This document shows positions 27,436 to 32,000 of a stretch of DNA of 32,000 nucleotides, one piece after another. How positions within the stretch are numbered: the first letter of the stretch is position 1; every line of letters begins with the position of its first letter. Source of the DNA: Candidatus Heimdallarchaeota archaeon B3_Heim (GTDB lineage Archaea; Asgardarchaeota; Heimdallarchaeia; Hodarchaeales; Hodarchaeaceae). The notes beneath the pieces are model-generated. The model had not been told where the DNA came from. It searched no databases and saw only the letters and a list, made by a program, of their open reading frames with translations. The translations under genes were made by a program, and so were the position numbers. Location: contig NJBF01000018.1 of NCBI GenBank assembly GCA_003144275.1, positions 46,214 through 78,213 on the forward strand. The letters run 5' to 3'.

Positions 27436-27961
27436 TTAGATAATTATCTCGAATTTCAAAGTAGGCATCAGTATTTCGGATGAAAATGAGATGTGTGTGT
27501 GATGCAGTAATGCTTAAATTAGCTATGATGTAGGGTTGAGTAATAGTTCCCTGCCCAGTAAAATTATAAGCTAGAAAGTCAGCATTTCCATCAATTTGTA
27601 TGATTACATGAGGAACATACTGGACGGTTACGATAGAGTATGAAGGTAAATTATCTTTTCTGACAGGATTGAAAGGGGTAGTAGTTCTCTGTAAAAGATT
27701 GTCTAGTTCCCACTCGTTCCTTTCATAAGTAATGACATTAACTTCTGTATCGGTAGACTTCTCTACTGAATCAGAAGGTGATATTAATTCTGAAACGTTT
27801 TCTTGCTCGGAAATATTCAGAGGTACTGCTTCTCTCTGGGCAAAAAACCCTATATTTATAATAAAAAGTAATACAATTAATCCAACTATTGTTTTGGTCT
27901 TCTTCATTATGTTTCTACCTATATTCTTGAATAAGAATTCTGACTGAACAGAATCCGACAA
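27419..27961 (-). pseudogene. N-terminal fragment of a secreted NosD-type beta-helix protein (start probably 27907)
   Basis: Signal peptide; GQGTITQPYIIANLSI...IFIRNTDAYFEIRDN aligns with GLGTKEDPWIIEGLTI...IFIHNTTKYFVIRDC of the 2466..4025 protein, then stops before any repeats or anchor. Confidence 0.75.
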
Positions 27962-28182
27962 ATTGTTATTATTTATGAAAAAACCCTTTTAACTCTTGCT
28001 GAATTGATATAATTAGAAAAACGTCTTCAAGCGGTTCTACAAGCATCTTACCCAATTTTTTACAAATTTTGCGGAGAATTAATTCAGTATTATTTAAATG
28101 AAATCCTGACAAATTAAGCATAACTTGGATTTATTCTCATTAAATCCTTGACTTTTTTTATTGATTCATGAGTTGAATAATA

Positions 28183-29931
28183 ATGAAACAAAACAAGGTT
28201 TTATTGGCAATTCTCTTCTTTGGAATTGCTTTTTCCTTCATCTCAATCAATCCATCCCTCGCAAACACAACTGAAGTACCTAATGGATACTTTGATCTAT
28301 ATCTTTATCAAGATCATTATTTGGCGATAGGTGAAACTGGATTGATGGGATTTGACATATATTCCAACTTTGATGTAAGTTTGGATGTCAATATTTCCCT
28401 AATTCTCTTTACTCCTAGCGGTGAAGTCACATTGTATAGTATACAAAATAACTTTTCTGCTGGGGGATATCTATATGATGAAGTATACTATACTTTTAGT
28501 GAACAGGGTTATTATGATGTTCTTCTTTACGTTATAGATGGTTATGGTAGAGATTGGAAAGCTGATTGTTGGTGGGAAGTTTCTGAACCGTGGATGGATC
28601 TTTGGATCGGGCAAGACAATTACGCTTCGATGGGAGATACTGGTTATATGGCTCTTGATATAGTATCACACTTTTCAAGAAATATGACAGTTTCTGCAAA
28701 AGTTGTTATCATAACTCCTTCTGGAACAGAGGATCTTATCTATGAGAATAATTCTGTCTCTATAGCAGCTTCTGGGTACTGGTATGCCGATGTATTATAT
28801 TTTTTCCCCGAAGTAGGACATTATAAGGTGATATTTTCAGTTTCTGATGGATTCGGATACTGGGAAACTCAATGTTGGTGGGAAGTATACGATGAACAGG
28901 AATATTTGGCCTTGTGGATCTATCAAGATCACCATCGAATGGTTAATGAAGATGGTTGGATGGATTTTGTTGTTGAAAATCGATTCAGTATTAATAAAAC
29001 ACTCACAGTTCGGATTTTGCTAATTGGTCCTAATGAAGAAATTATTTTATACAATGAAACAGTTGAAGTAACGCCCAGAGATAGCTGGTCTTTCTATACA
29101 GAATATTATTTCACTGAACCAGGTTATTATGAAGTAGCTCTATTAGTTACCGATCATGCAACAGACCGAGTATGGGATTTCTGGTGCTGGTGGGAAATTA
29201 ATGGTTACGATCTTTTTATTGACCAAGAGTACACAGCTAAAGTCGGTGAGACCAAATGGATGCATTTCAAGGCACAAAGCAATTTTGCACATGATATGCC
29301 AAGTGTGATTATCAACATTCGCATGGAAGATCCAACAGGATATACAGAACTTTTATTGGAAGTAGATGTTCCAATCAATGCTCATGGCATCTGGGAAATC
29401 GACCTTAACTACACCTTTACTCAAACTGGTGATTATTTTGTTCATTTTGAGTTATATGATGACATCGGTTATGGTTGGTTCGCAAAATGTGATTGGACCA
29501 TAAGTGAAAGTGGTCCTGAAATTTACGTTAATGGCCCTGCTTCTGTAGATATTAACGAAACCTTTGAAATAGAAGGTAAAGTCTACTCAGGTTTTACAGA
29601 TGAACTGCACGTTAAAACTATTACTCTGGCTTGGGAAAATGGAACAGAAATTGAGACAGTGAATGTTAGCAAGACGATCCCTCCAGATTCATACACCTAT
29701 GCTTACTTCAATGTGACAATTCCAGTCAGTGGAGAGTTCGTATTCCGAATTACTGCTGACACAAGCAAAGGTATGTTGGAAACGAAATATTTCGTGGAAG
29801 TTGGAATCATTGATAACACTACTAATCAGGAAACGGATACGACTCCTACTCTAACTCCTGGTTTTGAAAGTGTCTTTGGTCTACTAGCACTTGTTCTAGC
29901 GATTCCTATAATAAGGAAACATCGCCAGTAA
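28183..29931 (+). CDS. Secreted surface protein with four ~100-aa beta-sandwich repeats, a fifth Ig-like domain and a PGF-type C-terminal sorting signal
   Basis: Signal peptide; repeats end in CWWEV, CWWEV, CWWEI, CDWTI; C-terminus TPTLTPGFESVFGLLALVLAIPIIRKHRQ. Confidence 0.88.
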   Translation: MKQNKVLLAILFFGIAFSFISINPSLANTTEVPNGYFDLYLYQDHYLAIGETGLMGFDIYSNFDVSLDVNISLILFTPSGEVTLYSIQNNFSAGGYLYDEVYYTFSEQGYYDVLLYVIDGYGRDWKADCWWEVSEPWMDLWIGQDNYASMGDTGYMALDIVSHFSRNMTVSAKVVIITPSGTEDLIYENNSVSIAASGYWYADVLYFFPEVGHYKVIFSVSDGFGYWETQCWWEVYDEQEYLALWIYQDHHRMVNEDGWMDFVVENRFSINKTLTVRILLIGPNEEIILYNETVEVTPRDSWSFYTEYYFTEPGYYEVALLVTDHATDRVWDFWCWWEINGYDLFIDQEYTAKVGETKWMHFKAQSNFAHDMPSVIINIRMEDPTGYTELLLEVDVPINAHGIWEIDLNYTFTQTGDYFVHFELYDDIGYGWFAKCDWTISESGPEIYVNGPASVDINETFEIEGKVYSGFTDELHVKTITLAWENGTEIETVNVSKTIPPDSYTYAYFNVTIPVSGEFVFRITADTSKGMLETKYFVEVGIIDNTTNQETDTTPTLTPGFESVFGLLALVLAIPIIRKHRQ

Positions 29932-29936
29932 ATTTT

Positions 29937-29971
29937 TAGGGGTAGAAACCCCTATTCTATTCTTTTTTTTT
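29937..29971 (+). terminator. Hairpin + T-tract between convergent genes
   Basis: TAGGGGT-AGAA-ACCCCTA (29937-29954) followed by TTCTATTCTTTTTTTTT, 5 nt after the stop codon. Confidence 0.65.
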
Positions 29972-29982
29972 ATTGGATTATC

Positions 29983-30402
29983 TTAGAGATAGCCAAATAA
30001 TTTTAGCACAAATAGTTCTAAGTTTGATTTAATTCTGTCGATTTCTGAAACAAATTCCTTATGAAATGGACAATAATCATCTGAAAAAGCCTGATGATTT
30101 GTCATATCCCAAATTATAGGATAATATGTACATCCCTCAGGTCTATTATCGTAGATGGTGCATAATCCATTTGAATCTAAGAAAAAACATCTCTTCTCAC
30201 CATTAACTTCTTTATTTCGAAGCATACGGTAATTATCTTTGGTTAAGAATGAAAAGTCAGAGGGATGGATTCCCACAAATTTGCTTATTCTGAAGGTATC
30301 AGTTTTTGTGAGTAACATCTCCGTTTCTTCACAACAGTAATGGCAGTTATGTTTACGACAAATACGTCCTTTAACTTCGAATTTATCCATAAAAGACCAC
30401 AT
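29983..30402 (-). CDS. YkgJ family cysteine-cluster protein
   Basis: C-x4-CHYCC, CFFLD...CTIYDNRPEGCTYYP, YCP. Confidence 0.92.
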   Translation of the reverse strand: MWSFMDKFEVKGRICRKHNCHYCCEETEMLLTKTDTFRISKFVGIHPSDFSFLTKDNYRMLRNKEVNGEKRCFFLDSNGLCTIYDNRPEGCTYYPIIWDMTNHQAFSDDYCPFHKEFVSEIDRIKSNLELFVLKLFGYL

Positions 30403-30450
30403 ACTATTGAGGAAGTAGAATTAGCAGGATCATCAGTGTTTTATATCTTT

Positions 30451-31212
30451 CTAGAACAACAATGAAACAACTGGTCCTTGAAAATATTTCTCTATTCTAG
30501 CATCGAGATCCTCGAAATTTGTTTGCAAAGAGGTAAAAATAATGCTTACTTGTATTTTTAATGCCGCTTTGGCTCTAGAATCTATAGGTCGGTCATCAAT
30601 TAAGTTCAGTACCTTAGATTCGTCTTGTAATACATTCTTTTGCATTATTAACTTTTTGAATAAGTCGAGTTCTTCCTTAATTTGATTTTTTGATTTTTGC
30701 ATCCATTCAAAATGAAGCAATAGTTCACTATCCAAGGGCTCAGTTTTAAAACTCCGTTCGAAGTCAATCGCCCACAAATTATCATTTGCGCAGAGATAAT
30801 TTCCAGAATGGCGATCAGAGCCTCCAATCCACGCCTCAAGTAATAATAAATTTATAACATCTTTTGGAGGAAATTTTCTTAAAACTGAACTAGCCGTATC
30901 CTTTAACTCAACACTTTCATCTAACCATTCACAAAGTAATCCGATTTGAGTTCCTTTTTTTGCTAACATTGACCGTGGAACATTAACACCTAATTTTGAT
31001 GCTAAATAGGAAGCAAGAAATTCCTTGATCATAGAGGTCGTATTTACGTTTTTCCAAAGCCATTTCTCATCTGTGATAGAATTACTGTATATATAAGCAG
31101 TATTTTTAAAATTAGATCCTCTTAGCTTAACAGGTGAACGATTATTGAGGGCAAATTCGCTGTGAGACCAGAGAGAGTTCTCGATTGCATTGGGAAATTC
31201 GGATATCGCCAT
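30451..31212 (-). CDS. HipA-like / PI3-PI4-kinase-like atypical kinase
   Basis: WLWK (beta3 Lys), KEFLASYLASKLGVNVP (alphaC Glu), AWIGGSDRHSGNYL catalytic loop, WAIDFERSF. Confidence 0.85.
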   Translation of the reverse strand: MAISEFPNAIENSLWSHSEFALNNRSPVKLRGSNFKNTAYIYSNSITDEKWLWKNVNTTSMIKEFLASYLASKLGVNVPRSMLAKKGTQIGLLCEWLDESVELKDTASSVLRKFPPKDVINLLLLEAWIGGSDRHSGNYLCANDNLWAIDFERSFKTEPLDSELLLHFEWMQKSKNQIKEELDLFKKLIMQKNVLQDESKVLNLIDDRPIDSRAKAALKIQVSIIFTSLQTNFEDLDARIEKYFQGPVVSLLF

Positions 31213-31315
31213 TACTATTCACCTTGAACATTACTGCCATCCTAGTAGTAGTATTAACTCAAATGTTCTTATGAACGCCTTTTTTAGGATGTTTTTTGAA
31301 GTTTGTTCTTCATTC

Positions 31316-31780
31316 TTAGTCTGTCGGTAGAGTGTCGAGTTTCTGTAACTCGTGTTCAATTTCAGATATGCTCTTTTTAAGATTTTCAAAACCAAGCATA
31401 AAGCGAAGTGCTAATCCCATGACAAAGCTTGAATACTGGATTTCAGAGTACCCATGAGAGGTGAGGTCGTATCCCAACGCCATCTTAATGAAACTCAATG
31501 CTTGTCGGCCTTCAACAGTCTCACGCAGAGAAAGGTAATTATATAATACGTTGCCATAATTATATCCCCACATTTTAGAAATATCATCTTCACTTCCTCC
31601 TACCATTGAGATAGCTTCTTCTGCTTTGGTATAACTTTCTTTTAGTTCATCTTTTATAGTTTTAGCCACTGAATCTGTAATTTTTAATTGCTTTTTCAGA
31701 TGAGAAATTCGTGTTTTAATTTTACTTAATTCTCCTTCATCCACTGATTTTAACCGATCACTTATGTTTCCAGGATTCAT
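31316..31780 (-). CDS. Hypothetical helical/coiled-coil protein
   Basis: 154-aa ORF with GGTGGAG RBS; heptad-like ends; no family recognised. Confidence 0.75.
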   Translation of the reverse strand: MNPGNISDRLKSVDEGELSKIKTRISHLKKQLKITDSVAKTIKDELKESYTKAEEAISMVGGSEDDISKMWGYNYGNVLYNYLSLRETVEGRQALSFIKMALGYDLTSHGYSEIQYSSFVMGLALRFMLGFENLKKSISEIEHELQKLDTLPTD

Positions 31781-32000
31781 AGCTTAACTCCACCATATTT
31801 GTAAAATAGGACATTCCTTTTGATTGTTACTAAAGAAAATCTTCGTAAGATTATTGTACAATAATTTCTATCATAATTAAGAAAAAATTTATATTATTTA
31901 AGACTTGAAAATTGTCCAATGGATGCTTTTATTATCTCTAAAGCTTTAGATTTATTATCCCACCCAACTATTGACGTAGTTTTACCCAGTTCTAGATGCT

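Noticed and set aside
2927-30839. Other short ORF-track entries nested in or antisense to long genes (2927, 4508, 5774, 6002, 6884, 8762, 11853, 12314, 15751, 18003, 18846, 19362, 22378, 26304, 27732, 30648)
   Set aside because: Each lies largely or wholly within a motif-supported or much longer CDS and has no recognisable motif.
1-32000. CRISPR array, tRNA or rRNA genes
   Set aside because: No regularly spaced 25-45-bp repeats with unique spacers, no T-loop/cloverleaf pattern and no long GC-rich rRNA-like segment were seen by eye; tRNAscan-SE and Infernal would be needed to exclude short RNAs.

Overview
AT-rich archaeal window, most likely from an Asgard archaeon (Heimdallarchaeia/Hodarchaeales-like). 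This is an inference from GGTGA/GAGG ribosome-binding sites, a TPR-plus-longin-like C-terminal fragment, and several secreted proteins with short C-terminal TM+basic anchors. It reads as a high-turnover accessory region. Left to right: a partial LVIVD-repeat surface protein, a VOC protein, a NosD-type beta-helix surface protein and a hidden PLD (HKD) gene remnant. Then a block of large unknown minus-strand genes including a 1239-aa C-terminal PD-(D/E)xK nuclease whose architecture matches single-gene Upx-type antiviral proteins, an intact ISH3-like IS (12-bp TIRs, 4-bp TSD), another surface protein and an alpha/beta hydrolase. Next come a MacB/FtsX ABC + DUF2318 (Fet/Ftr-like) + nitroreductase operon, a convergent methyltransferase-YciI-Cys-rich membrane protein operon, an acidic/polyproline/RHH-like protein, and panE. 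The end of the window holds an out-of-frame fusion of two half genes, a PGF-anchored 4-repeat surface protein, YkgJ and a HipA/PI-kinase-like kinase. Many intergenic gaps contain decayed gene fragments. No rRNA, tRNA or CRISPR array was seen. All family calls come from motif recognition by eye, not database searches.
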